Source: the human T2T-CHM13v2.0 reference genome, Homo sapiens. Taken from it: a stretch of 64,000 nt of DNA. Below are positions 27,520-40,862 of the stretch, in pieces. The notes below the pieces were generated by a model. That model did no database searches and had not been told where the DNA came from. It was given only the letters and a program-made list of their open reading frames with translations. Each line of letters begins with the position of its first letter. Within the stretch, counting starts at the first letter, position 1. Location: the NCBI RefSeq assembly GCF_009914755.1, contig NC_060932.1; one strand, given 5' to 3'. The position numbers and the translations under genes were made by a program.

Positions 27520-28210
27520 TAGCAAATTGTGTTGACTTTACCTTGAAGATACACCCAGAAGCTGACTCCATTTTGACACTATCACTGTCAACCCCTGTGC
27601 AGATCACCATTACCTTCTACTTGGGTTGAATGGTGTCCCAACTGGTTTCCTATTTCTGCTTCTACTCACTTCCACAGAAACCAGAGGATCCAGAGAAAAC
27701 ATGTCACAATATTCCTTTCCTTAATGCTCTCCAGTGGCTTCCTATCTCACAACAAGAGTAAAAGATTAAGTCATAATTGTCCATAAGGCTCTATTGATCA
27801 GGCCACTCACTGCCCATCTGACCTCATCTCCAACCTGCATTTCCTGCCACTTTTCCTTCTTCAGCCTAAAAGGGACTCCTTGGGTCCTGAAAGTTGTGAA
27901 GTATGCTTTCTTTCATCTTAGGGCTATTTCATTTGCTCTTGTCCCTGCATGGTATACTTCTTGCTTCAGATCTATTAAATGTCACCTTATGAGAGAGAGC
28001 TTCCGCGAACACATTCTGTGAAATGGGGCCTTTTGGGCCAGTCTTTTCCTTTCTTTCCTTTAGCACAAATTGGCATAAATTTGTTTATCTATTTATTGTT
28101 TGTTTCCCTCCCTGCCCCAAACTGTTACCCTTATGGAGTATGTTTGTGTCGTTCCTTGATATGCCTCCATACAGAAAATAGTGACTGGGTACTTAGAAGG
28201 TGACCAATTC
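27520..28210 (+). mobile_element. L2 LINE 3' fragment
   Basis: gcaaattgtgttgactttaccttgaagatacaccc...ctccagtggcttcctatctcac...aaatgtcacctt...atagtgactgggtacttagaagg follow the L2 3' motif order. Confidence 0.8.
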
Positions 28211-29231
28211 TTATTTCATTTTATTAAAATTTAAAAAATTATGTGGCATATAAAATGAGAATCTGATTATAATCACATTTTTCTGTTCAACCAAATAGAT
28301 TCCTTTGTCAAAGTTTTTTTTTTCTCAGATTCCAATAGCATTTTTGTTGTTTTTACACTTGTGTGTATGTGTGTCATGATTATTGTTACTGGAACTAAGA
28401 ACATAAAGAAAACTTCTGGATTAAGGTCAATTTCAATCTAAATCAAAAGAGAAACTCAAAGCAGGTTGGATTATTTTGGTTTGTGCTTCCCATTTCTATA
28501 TTATTTTCTCCTACCTCATTCCTCCTTTCTCTGGGTTGAGTTTTCTCTTTTCCATTCCCTATGTTGAAAGACTTACTGAAAATGCACACTGTTCCTCGTT
28601 AAAGTTTGAGAAATGGAGGCTTTTTCAATTTTTCTCACTACTCCTAAAAAGAGAAGGAAAAATAAGCGAGCAAATATTAGAAGAACAACAAAAAGACTTT
28701 ATCACAATAAATAACGAAAGTGCCAGAACCAGAAACTGCAGATTAGGAAACAAATTGTGAAGTCTTATAATGGATGCAGTAGAAGGCTATAGCCTGAAGG
28801 TGTGCCTTCTTAGACCGCCTGCAGATTATGGATTTCTCTAAACTTGAAAGACTTTCTCAAGAATGACTTAACAGAAGATAGGGTCTAGAGGTCTGGGTAT
28901 CTCAGAAGAAGCAGCAAATATTCCTGCAGAGAACTAGTTTAGCTCTGAAGAAAAAAAAAGGGAGGTGAAGACAATGGAGGAAATAAGTAAAGCTTACATT
29001 ATTTCTATCTACAACCTACCTTCCGGCTAAAAGCAGTGAAATAGGATAGCTGTGATCTATGGCAAAATGGAGAGCCTTTGCCACCCTAAACCCTTGTGCG
29101 ACAGTGGAGGGAAGATACGCTTGCCAGTGTAGAGGAAATTGCATGCATGATGAAAGTTCTAGAAATAAAAATATTGGTTAGAAGTTTCAAGTTGGTCCTC
29201 AGAAATTCTTCAAAAATTAACTATATGTAAG

Positions 29232-29790
29232 CATATTGGTTTCATATTGCTACCATAATAAATTACCACAAACTTAGCCCCCAAATATAACAAAAATTGA
29301 TCTCACAGTTTCTGTGAGTCAGAAGTCTGAGTGAGCTTCTGTGTTCTGTTGGTTGAAATGAAAGTGTTGGACAGAGCTACATCCTTTAATGTACGTAACT
29401 GAAAGCACCGACTTTCAAATTCTTTTAGGTTGTTGCCTGAATTCAGTTCCTGACAGTTGTAGGATTGGGGTCTCTGTTTCCTTGCTGGCTTTCTTTTCTC
29501 TTAAAGGCTTCCTGCACTTCTTGTGCTTTTCATGTGCCTCCTTCCAGCAACAGCAGATGGAGTCCGTTTCACACTTCAAATCTCTCTGTCTTCTGCTGCC
29601 TCTCTGGTCCAGCTCTAGAAAGTTATCTGCCTGTAAGGAGTTACGGAATTAGATTAGGTCCACCTGAAAACTTTGAAATACTATCCTTATTTTAAGCTCA
29701 TTAACTTTTCCTCTTTAAAGTTCTTTTTCTCATGTAATGTAACATATTCATAGGTTTTGGGGTTAGGGCATGACCATTTTGTCTACCACA
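29232..29790 (-). mobile_element. MLT1-family MaLR LTR
   Basis: attgctaccataataaattaccacaaacttag...ctcacagtttctgtgagtcagaagtc...aatgtaacatattcataggtttt..ttagggcatg...ctaccaca. Confidence 0.82.
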
Positions 29791-30043
29791 ATAAGAACGA
29801 TTCACATAATAATGTACCTATAAATAGAATGTAAAATCAAAGAAAAAAAAAAGAAATGCAAACATAATACAGAGAAGATAAGTTGAACACAAGAAGAATC
29901 ACACAAGGAAGTAGGCCAAGTGTTCTGAAAACAAAAGTTCTCCATCGTCTCAAAGAAGCTCTAGTCAATCATAAGCACTCTTTTAAAAAAAGGAAAATTA
30001 CAAAAGGATAAATGGATTGAATGATGTCATAAGACAGTAAAGT

Positions 30044-30300
30044 TAACCTATAATTCCAGCACTTTGGTAGGCCAAGGCAGGAGGATTGCTTGAGCTCAGC
30101 AGTTTGAGATCAGCCTGGGAAATATAGTGAGAACCCATCTCTAAAAAAAAAAAAAAAATTAGTCGTGGCGGAACATGCTTGTAGTTCTAGCTACTCAGGA
30201 GGCTGAGGTGAGGAGGTCAAGGCTTCAGTGAGCTATGATCACACTACTGCACTCCAGCATGAGGAACAGAGTGAGACCCTGTCTGAAAAAAAAAAAAAAA
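30044..30300 (+). mobile_element. AluJ SINE, 5'-truncated, small internal deletion, with TSD
   Basis: Alu body begins cctataattccagcac; TSD aagacagtaaagt (30031-30043) / aagacactaaagt (30300-30312). Confidence 0.93.
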
Positions 30301-30959
30301 AGACACTAAAGTAAGATGAAAAGAGATTTAAGAGATTTGACAGAGCTTGACAAAGGAACATTTAAAGAAAATTAAAATGTTAAAAGATGAAAGTTACATG
30401 TAAAGCAAAAATAAAAAAGCACAGCTATAGATGAAACCATAACAAGCATCAGGAAGAGGCTTAAGAAAACTTTTCAAAAATAATAATAATAAAATAGAAA
30501 ACTTTACATAATTTTAGAAAATATAATGCATATAAATCATATGAAAAAGTTAAATATAGATAAATATAATTAGATGTATAGGATATGAGAAAAAAATCTA
30601 AAATGTTCCAAAATACAATAGAAGAAAAATTTCTCAAAAGGATCAGAAGGTAGACCAAGAAAAACTAATTTTAGAAGACTGCAAATGTTCTAAACTTTGA
30701 CAGGGTAAGTATAACTTAAAGTAAAAACATATAATTTTAAATATAATGACCTTAAACTTAGTATTTTTCATAACCATCTTTATCTTGAACTTCAAGGAAT
30801 AAGAGATGTTTTAAAGTAACCTCTGTAGGGATTAGCAATAATAACATACGTTATTTGAATTTTAACAAGTACTTTAGTGCCAGTTTAGTTTATTGTTCTT
30901 AAGTTAAATTCAGGTAAAATGTAATTTTAAAATTTTATTTGTATAAATTGCATCTACTA

Positions 30960-33671
30960 CAGACACACCTTGGAGATACTGTAGGTTCTGTTCTATACCA
31001 CCTCAATAAAGCAAATAGCCAAATAAAGGATATCACACCAAATTTTTGGTTTTCCAGTGCATATAAAAGTTAGGTTTGCAGCATATAATAGCATTATGTC
31101 TAAAAAAGCAATGTATATACCTTATTTTTAAAATACTTTATAGCTCAAAATTGCTAAAGATCATCTGAGCCTTCAGCAAGTTGTAATCTCTTTACTGGTG
31201 GAAGATCTTTCCTCCATGTTGATGGCTGCTGACTAATCAGAGTAGTGGGTGCTGAAGATTGGGGTGTGGCAATTTCTTCAAATAAAACAACAATAAAATT
31301 TGCCACATCAATTGACTCTTCCTTTCACAAGTGATTTCTCTGTAACATGTGTTGCTGTATGATAGCATTTTACTCACAGTAGAACTTCTTTCAAAATTGG
31401 GGTCAATCCTCTCAAATACTGCCATAGCCTTTATCAACTAAGTTTATGGAATATTCTAAATCCTTTGTTGTCATTTCAATAATATTTATAGTCTCTGCAC
31501 TAGGAGTAGATTCCATCTCAAGCAACCAATTTCTTTGCCCATCCGTAAGAAGCAACTTCTTGTCAGTTAAAATTTGATCATGGGATTGCAGCAATTCCAT
31601 CAAATTTTCAGGCTCTACTTCTAACTCTAGGTCTCGTGCTGTTTCCGTCACATCTGCAGTTATTTTCTCCACTTGAGTCTTAAACCCTCAAAGTCATTCA
31701 TGAGAGTTGAAATCAACTTCTTCCACACTCATATTAATGTTGATATTTTGAACTTCTCTCATGAATCATAAATGTTCTTAAGGGTGTCTATAATGGTCAG
31801 GTTTTTTCCAGAAGGCTTTCTATTTGCCTTGCCCAGATACATCAGAGAAATAACTATCCATATTAGTCTGTTTTCACAATGCTAATAAAGACATACCCAA
31901 GACTGGGTGATTTACAAAGGGAAGAGGTTTAAGGGACGGCACAGTTCTACATGGCTGGGGAGGCCTCACAATCATGTTGGAAGGCAAAGAAGAAGCAATG
32001 GCACATCTTACATGGTGGCAGGCAAGAGAGCTGGTGCAGGAGAACTTCCATTTATAAAACCATCAGATTTCATGAGACTTATACACTACCATGAGAACAA
32101 TATGAGAACAGTATCGGGGAAACCAACCCATGATTCAGTTATCTCTGTCTGACCCCACCCTTGACATATGGGGATTATTACAATTCAAGGTGAGAATTGG
32201 GTGGGGACACAGTCAAACCATGTCACTATCTATGGAAGCTATAGCCTTACAAAACGTATTTCTTAAATAATAAGATTGGAAGTCAAAATTACTCTTTAGT
32301 CCATGAGCTGCACAATGAATGCTGTGTTAGCAGGCAAGAAAACAACATTAATTTCCTTGTAGATGTCCATCAGAGCTCTTTGGTGACCAAATGCATTGTC
32401 AATGAGCAATAATATTTTGAAAGAATTTGTTTTTTTCTGAGCAATAGTTCTCAAGAGTGGGCTTAAAATTCAGTAAACCATGCTGTAACCAGATGTGCTT
32501 TCATTCAGGCTTTGTTGTTCCATTTATGGAGCACAGGAAAAGTAGATTTAGCATAATTTTTAAGACCCTAGAATTTTCAAAATGGTAAATGTACATTGGC
32601 TTCAACTTAAGCCAAAACTGGATTTGCCCCTAACAAGACAGTTAGCCTGTTCTTTGAAACACTGAAGCCAGGCATTGACTTCTCTAGCTATAAAAGTCCT
32701 AGGTGCCATCTTTTTCCAATGGAAGGATATTTGCTCTTCGTTGAAATCCTGTTGTTTAGTGTAACCACCTTCATCAATGATCTTAGCTGGATCTTCTGGC
32801 TAACTTGGTGAATCTTCTTTGTCAGCATTTGCTACTTCATCTTGCACTTCTAAGTTATAGAAATGGCATCTTTTCTTAAATCTCATGAAACAACATCTGC
32901 TAGCTTCTATCTTTTCTTTTGCTAGCTTCCAAACTTTCTCACCTCTCTTAGCCTTCACAGAATTAAATAGATTTAGGGACCTGCTCTGGATTAGGCTGTG
33001 GCTTAAGGGAATATTGTAGCTGTTTTGATCTTCTATCTAGACCACTAAAACTTTCTTCATTTAACAATAAAGGCTGTTTCACTTTCTTCTGATTCCCATT
33101 CACTGGAGTAGCACTTTTAGTTTTTTTCACAATTTTTTTCTTTGCTTTTACAAGTTGGCAAACTGGCATAAAAGGCCTAGTTTTTTTTAGCCTAACTCTG
33201 TTTTTGGCATGCCTTTCTCACTAAGCTTAAAGTTAAGCTCAAACTGAGAGATGTGCAACTCTTCCTCATTAAATGGCCTAATTTTATTATGTCTCACAGA
33301 ATAGAATGGCCTGAGGACAGGCAGAGACACAGGGAATAGTCAGTTAGTGGAACCATCAGAAATGCACATTTATTGACTAAGTTTGCCATCTTACGTGCGC
33401 ATTGCTTCATGGTGCTTCCAAAACAATTACAATAGTGGCATAAAAGATCACTGATCACAGATCACCATAGAAGATATAATAAAATAAAAAAGTTTAAAAT
33501 ATTGAGATAATTTTCAAAATGTGACACAGTGACCCAAAGTGAGCATACATTGTTGGAAAAAATGGTGCTGATGGACTGGCTTGGCAAAGGGTTTCCAAAA
33601 ACCTTCAATTTGTGAAAAACTCAATATCTACAAAGTACAATAAAGCAAAGCACAATAAAAAGGTATGGCTT
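30960..33671 (-). mobile_element. Tigger1 DNA transposon (TcMar-Tigger), near full length, decayed transposase
   Basis: Terminal inverted repeats cagacacacct.. (30960) and ..aggtatggctt (33671) are each flanked by TA. Minus-strand ORF remnants EKITADVTETARDLELEVEPE (31412-31672), [18 protein letters not shown] (31237-31437) and KKTKSATPVN (32963-33169) are Tigger1 transposase-like. Confidence 0.93.
31859..32225 (-). mobile_element. THE1 solo LTR nested in Tigger1
   Basis: catattagtctgttttcacaatgctaataaagacatacccaagactggg...ggggacacagtcaaaccatgtca; 5-bp TSD ctatc at 31854-31858 and 32226-32230. Confidence 0.96.
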
Positions 33672-34393
33672 TATTTATCTAACTATTTAGTTATCTTTAA
33701 TCTATCTACCCAGCCATCCTTTTTATATAAACATGTGTATTGAAAGTCATTCATGCACATATTTATCTTAAGTTGAGTATGGTCAATCCTAGTTGATGGG
33801 ATTTGGGGTGCATGTGTAATTTTCTCCTTGTATTCGATTGCATTTGTTTGAATTAAACTGTGAGCATACACACATTTCTTTAACAAATAAAATATAATTG
33901 ACATTTTATTCTTCAAGTTTCATTGAGCTTCCTACTTCATGTCTTCCCCTTTGCAAGGCAAACTGTGTAATCCCTTCAGGGTCCAACAACCCTCCTAAGT
34001 GTCTTCCAGGATTTATACCTGGAGGTCTCTTAGGGCTACATTAGCACATATCTGAGACTGTGTGTCCCAATTATGCTTCTGGACTGGACTAGTTCCAGTA
34101 ATGGAAACTTTCTTCGAAGTAGAATGACTCACCGCCTGGCTCTAAGAGAGTTACATACAATCTGGATATTAGGAAGAGCAGACAGCTTATCCAGGCTTTC
34201 TTATACTTATTTTGTCCATATTGCATCAGTTATAGAATATATTGATTGAGATTCCTAATAGTCCCTTGATGTCTGTGCTTAGTGAGACTAGGAGTTTGAC
34301 TTACTGTGGTACCTTCTTACCATACCATGTCTCTTGAGCCTTCTCTATATTCATGTGCTATCACTCTAATATGATCTGTACCACTTACCAAGT

Positions 34394-34517
34394 TACTTTG
34401 GGCTTGTGATACCACCCAAAATAAATGCACATTGCTTTGGGGCTTGTAATACCACCAAATAAATAAACATTGTACTTTGGGCTTGTAATACCACCCAAAA
34501 TAAATACTCATTGCTTT
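34394..34517. repeat. Minisatellite, 3 copies of a ~39-bp unit
   Basis: Unit ctttgggcttgtaataccacccaaaataaat(g/a)..cattg starts at 34396, 34435 and 34475. Confidence 0.93.
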
Positions 34518-37096
34518 TATGTAATAAAATTTTAGATCACTGTGTTTTGGACATGTCGGAGTAAAATACCCAATCATTAAATTGACCTTCTATCTATGTA
34601 ATGATCCAGTGGGCATTACCTACAGGAACTGATTTGTAAAGGATAACAACTGTAGGCGACAGTGAGATTCTGACTCATCTTTATCATGTGGAAAAATGAG
34701 TGTTGTAATGCTCATCATTATTCATATTATATAAGCACTACAATTTAGCTGTGCAAACAGCTTTTCTTGAGAGGCTGAAAATAAAATTGTAGAGATATAG
34801 CAGGTCACAATATCAGTGCAATTACAATACTAATTTAATCAGTACCTACTAATCAGTTTTAAACAATATTTTATTTCTTCATGTTTCCAATTACCAGATC
34901 CCTTCCTTTGTCAAATCCAGATATATTATTAAATAATTTTGTTCCTAAGATGTCATTAACTTAGAATTTTTTATCATATGTATTTCTCAAAGTGGCATTT
35001 TATAGTATTTCAACATTTTATTTTATAATAAACTCTAATTTAGTTGGTTATATATTTTAAAGCATATGGTAAAAAGACCTCTCAAATACATTTTCTGCAA
35101 AAGTTTACATCTGAGTGCCTGTTACCATTTTTTTTCCTTTCTCATTCACAGTGACATACAACAAAGAAACTGTTCTAAGTGAACAGAATGATACAAAGTG
35201 AATCTATAATATAAGTTGTCAAAATAAAACATAGGTCAGAGACCTGAATTATTGCCAGACCTCTGCCACTTTCAAGTCACTTCACTTCTTAAGACTTACC
35301 TTCTCTACCCATAAAATGGAATGGCTGAATCACCTTAGATGAAGTCCAACATTTTTTCCAGTCCTACATTTCCATGATTTTTTATTTGATTCGTATTGTC
35401 AACAAAGTTAGATTCAATTTATTTTACAGTAGAGCTTCCATATTTGTTAGGCAATGACCATGGAAAAGGATATATAAGGGAACACAGAGTGAAAAATCTA
35501 ATTTTTTGTTTCTCATAAAAATGTGAGTCTTTGGATAATTCCTTTAACCATTTTAGTTCCCAATTTCCCTATTTGTAAAATGAAACATTTATGCAGGTGA
35601 TATCTAATGGTATCTCCTTGGCTTTATTTATCATTATTTATCACTGTAGACACACAGCTATCCTAAAGGGGTCACATAAACTTTCCTTTTCCCTCTCCTC
35701 CTCAATATCCCAGTTCCCTGCTCTTCACATTATGGTTATCACCGTCCTGACAATGTTCTAAGAACTGAAAACCAGTGAGTATTTTGCATGTTCTTGATTG
35801 TCAATTTTATTTCAAGCATTTTGGGAGAAGGAGAAAGCATTGTTTATAATTATTAGGGGAAAACATGGTATTCTGAAATACATATCAAAGAACATTAATA
35901 ATTAAGGTAAAAAGATGTCAAATAATTTAGTTATTGTTTTCTACAATTATGGTTTATTAGTTTAAAGAAGTCCTCTTGGGTATTGTTCCAAATAAACTAA
36001 GAATTTTCAATTTGTAAACTTCGAATATGCCTAACTATATCTTTGCCACTTTCTACATAGGGCACATTGTTAATATATTTATATACCCATATATTTCTGA
36101 AATACGGTATTTTTATTTTTCAAAGAGCATTGTTTAAACTGTTTTCTGGTCTCCATTTAATCACACTAGTTTTTTTAGTTTCATTTTTAATTTATTTTAT
36201 ATACATTTTTGGTCAATGTCTTAAAATAAAGGAATTAAAATATATTTTGCAAATATTTTGTTCAAGGATTGAGATGAGAAAGATGGCTTATTTTCTAAGA
36301 TTTTCATTTTTAATTAACTCCTGATACAGTTAGGTTTTATTCCATATATCTTTAATTACATTACTATGTAGTCTATTCAATCCAAATTGAAATCACTTAT
36401 TAAAACAATTGAAATTATACATAGATTTTTTAAAAGAAAATATTGGATCTCTTCAAATGTTATTAGCTGATAAATTTTGAGGTGATCAGTGTTTGAGCAT
36501 TTGGCATAGAAGATAATTTAAAATTATTGAAACACTTCACATATTTTTAAAACCACTTCAGTGGGGGAAATGATGATATTCTGAAAATGCCTGTAAGGGT
36601 GTAAAATTATCAGAGAGCTTAAGTGCTTCAGTGTGAAAGTGATCGAGGTTCTTTGCTTGTACATCACAAAGCAATTGAAAATTACTGAAGTGGTTCAAGT
36701 GGTTCATGTTTCCAGAAGAGTTTTTAGTCTTTCCTCCTCAGAGTGCTTTAAATTTTTGAATGTCGGAATAATTCCACAAGGTTACATATATACCTCTTGT
36801 CCTGATTATCAGTTTAGGAGTCAAGGCTAATATTGAACTTCTGAGCTGATTCTAGGTAAATATAAAGTGATTGGAAATTGCTGATTTCAAGCAGCCCCCG
36901 CGCCCCCCCCAAAAAATTCCATAAAGCCAGATCTACATTTGAAAAGCATAGTACAGAATTTAGCTCATTATTCAGAAAAATGAGGTTGGAGTGATTTTGA
37001 GGGGTACAGGGACCACAAAGGGAGGTAATACAATTTTTGTTTTCTTTAGTCTCTGGTTAATATGAATATCAATTTCAATTGAAAAATGTTAGTCAA

Positions 37097-37401
37097 GGCT
37101 GACTGCTGTGGTTCACACCCATAATTCCAGCACTTTGGGAGGCTAAAGCAAGAGGATAAGTGAGGCCAGGAGTTCCAGATCAGCCTGGGCAACATAGCAA
37201 GACTCTGCCTCTACCAAAAATTAAAGAAATAAAATTAACCAGTCATGGTGGCACACTTCTGTAGTCCCAACTACTCAGGAGGCTGAGGCAGGAGGATGAC
37301 TTGAACCAGGAGTTCCAGGCTGCACTGAGCTATGATTGCACCACTGCACTCTAGCCTGGGTGACAGAGAGAGATCCTATCTCAAACAAACAAACAAAAAA
37401 A
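37097..37401 (+). mobile_element. AluJ SINE
   Basis: ggctgactgctgtggttcacacccataattccagcactttgggagg...ggctgcactgagctatgattgcaccactgcactctagcctggg; CAAA tail. Confidence 0.93.
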
Positions 37402-37674
37402 TTAGAATTCAATTTTTTTATAGATACAGAAACTATCAAAATTCAGACAAATGGTGACAAATTTGTGATACTAGAGCCATAAGAATCCACATCAGATCTT
37501 TAGACTTACCATTGATAAACACTATGATTTTAGAATTGTTTATGTAGAATCTTAAAACGTTCCATCAACTTATTTTAGTTTTGTCTTCTTCTGGATTGAG
37601 TATCTTTAATACCCAAACCACCTAATTTTAAGGCCATCTGTTTCATGCTTTAAACATATATGGTCTGATAGGTA

Positions 37675-37780
37675 GCCATTTAACACATATTTATTGAGTG
37701 CCTACTGTGTGCCAGACAATGTGCTGAGCACTAGAGGTATCATAAAATACAGATAGAGCATTTGTCCTCATAAGCCTTAG
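37675..37780 (-). mobile_element. L2 3' end fragment
   Basis: catttaacacatatttattgagtgcctactgtgtgccagacaatgtgctgagcact is the reverse of the L2 terminus. Confidence 0.75.
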
Positions 37781-37784
37781 AGTT

Positions 37785-37930
37785 AGAAAAAACTTTAGGA
37801 GGCTCAAAACCCAACTTTATTTTACAAATAGAAAAGCTGAAACCCAGAGAAATAATGCGACTTGCTCATCATCCCAATTTTAGTGTGAGAGGCAGATCAA
37901 AAACTGTCTTTCAGCAAACCATCTCTCCAC
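37785..37930 (-). mobile_element. MIR fragment
   Basis: attttacaaatagaaaagctgaaacccagagaaataatgcgacttgctca. Confidence 0.65.
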
Positions 37931-40247
37931 TAAATAATCTCACTTCCTTCCCTTGATTTCATTTTAATTTCACTTTCCTGGTATTAGTAGTTTTTTTGAA
38001 GTTTGTGAGAAGATAAGGTCAATGGGCTAGAGATTGGCAGAAATACAATACTGATAATTACCAGTAATAATTTGGCTTCAGTTCCAGCTGAAAACATTAT
38101 CAATAAATAATATAAACAAGTACATTATGTCATTCTGAGGAATTGCTAATATCTGAAAATCAGCTTCAGATAATTGAGATTGAAAACCTGATATACTGAC
38201 ATTCTAAATGTCAGAAGTATGAATGCATTATTGAATAAATATTATTACAAGATCAAAATTTCAAAATATAATGAGCATAAAATTTATGTATAAAAATATT
38301 GAGAAAATTAAATCAAATATGCAGGAAATCAATTCATAATATACTTCTTAATAAATTTAGTTAGAATATTATACATTTTAAGCCAAAAGATGTTTATTAG
38401 AATGGAAATCATAATGTAAGGAAATATATTGGAGATTTGATTGTATAGTCATTCTAATCTTTATAGTGTTGTTTTTTGTGTGTTTGCATTCAAAATTACA
38501 CAAAGTAACTTTAGAAAGTCTTTAATTTTTAATAAGATAATTTCATTTAGAACATGATATTGTCATGTAAAATTTCTACATTTGGTAAATTCTTCACATC
38601 TTGTGAGAATGAACAAAAAGCCAAGCGTACGAACTTCATGAGCAGGAAAATCTTTAAAATAAATTAAGCATATCTGATCTAGGCATGATAAAAAATACAA
38701 AGAGAAAAAAATAAAAGAAGGACATTGCAGAGAGAATTGAGTTTTTCCTGCTATCAAGTCAAGCATTTCTGATCCTGAGGCAAGGATCCAAAAAGAGAGC
38801 CAAGAATCATATGTCTAAATATTTAAAAGTTATAGTTCAAGTTATCAAACTATCTTGATCTTATAGCTTCATAAAAACATAATTGAAAAGTAAAGGTAAG
38901 CTCATAGTTTCTAATAATTCAAAGCCATAAAATATTAAACGTAATTGAACTTACAGACATAGTCAGGTAATTATTGCCTAATAAATGATTTTCACCAGAA
39001 AGTCTCTTGAAATGTTTTAATCCATTTAGGAAGACTATTTTTTCAGTATAATGACTTTTCAGTCTCAGTCTCACTAAATAAATAGGCTTTAAGTGACAAT
39101 TCAAAATTATCGAAATTAATATAACAAATTGATTCATATGAAAAAAAGGAATCTGTTATTATTTGGGGTAGCTAATATGATGTAAGTGAATATCTAAGCA
39201 AGGTGAGATAAGCAACAAGCCCAGTAAAACACCTTTACTGTAAAATAAAGTCTAAATACCAAAATCTTTTAAAATGTGGGAGTAGTGCCTGCCCACAACA
39301 GACCAACTCAGAGAAGATGCTACCCCTTTATCATTATTGCTTAATACATGTATGAAAAGCAAAGGATTTTGGATTTTTTGAAACATGCCATGCAATTCAG
39401 ATTTGTTTTTTATGATTTGCTGACTTAGTTGTGTCAAATAAGTGCAATGAGTGTGACTTTCCTAAAACTCTGGGTCATAATACTATGACATGCTGAAGGC
39501 AACATAGACAGTATTAAGTCAAAATATACAAATATTTCCAACAAGTGCACCCAAACTGCAAACTCAGGATAGAAAAAAAGTATGAACAATTTTACCTTAG
39601 TTATTTAAAACATACTGATAGAGAAGGGCTAAAAGATATGTTACTTTTGTCGTTAATGGAATTTGTGGGTGTTTCTGAGTTTTTAAAAATAATTTTCTAT
39701 AATTAAATAGTACAAATAAATACTATCTTTAAAACGTGCTGAACATGAAATAGCCCATAGCAAGCTACAGAAATATTGATTTATGTTGGCACAGAATCAT
39801 TAATTAAAGTTCTCATTTTGTACGGATGATCAACTAGCTTCAATTCTACCTAATAGTATTAAGACCTAGCTCACTACTTAATCCCAAATAAATTCTCAAG
39901 GGAAGATTTGTCAACAGCTTTGCAATAATCAAGATATTCTATGCCTACTCCATGACACATGTGGACCAATGTGAATTATACTAAAAAATTTACTAAGTGG
40001 TACGTTGAAAAACAATTTTATTGATTTATTGAAAAATATGGAGAATGGTTCATGCCCTTGGCTCATTTCACGTACTTAATTCAACCAATATTTTTGAGAA
40101 CAGTTCATGGCCAGATGTGTTCCAGAGATGGGAAGGATGAAATGTAGTTCCTATCAGAAGAGGGCGTGTGTCACATCAACTACCTAAAGAGGGTAACACT
40201 GTCCCCTCTTTCCAAGGCCATAAGTTCCTGATATGAACTAGATTATT

Positions 40248-40251
40248 ATAC

Positions 40252-40286
<35 letters not shown>

Positions 40287-40432
40287 TATTATCGGTGTTT
40301 GCATGCAGTATATATTTATAGGTAGTTGATATATATAGTATATATATAATGTACATATACATATACACACAGACAAATGCAGACACACTACACATATGTG
40401 TGTATGTATATGTGCATATATATCTGTGCATA
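40248..40432. repeat. (TA)n/(CA)n microsatellite and TA/TG low-complexity region
   Basis: Directly visible. Confidence 0.85.
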
Positions 40433-40664
40433 TTTATTCGTTAGACAAATAATAAGTTCAAGGAAAAATATACTTGTATTTGCTAGGACTTATCAAATGA
40501 TACAATATTCAGTATACTTATAACAAGGTGCCTGAATTTTTTGAGATAAAGTTGAAATTCAAATTCTCTCTGTGTTTGTGAAATATCTGCCTGTGCTCTC
40601 CTGGTTAGATCTGAGGCGGGAGAGGAGAACTTTCTGACGGTTGCTCCCAGATCGTCAACAGGGA

Positions 40665-40862
40665 AAGGGTGATTGTATTTGAACCTCAGTGCTGACACTT
40701 CTCATGAAGTAAACACTTCATTTCACTTGGCTGAGGCTTACTTTCCTCATCCGTACACTAAAAATTTATTTCAAGGAACAAATCAGATAATTAAATGAGA
40801 TTACATAAATTAATTGGTTAGCACAGTGTCTGACACATTAATATAGTAAATGTTCAATGATA
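40665..40862 (+). mobile_element. MIR
   Basis: tttgaacctcagtgctgacactt...tttcctcatccgtacac...gttagcacagtgtctgacacat..tagtaaatgttcaatga. Confidence 0.65.

Noticed and set aside
34394-34517. CRISPR-like appearance of ~39-bp repeats
   Set aside because: Head-to-tail units with no unique spacers, no cas genes, and a primate context.
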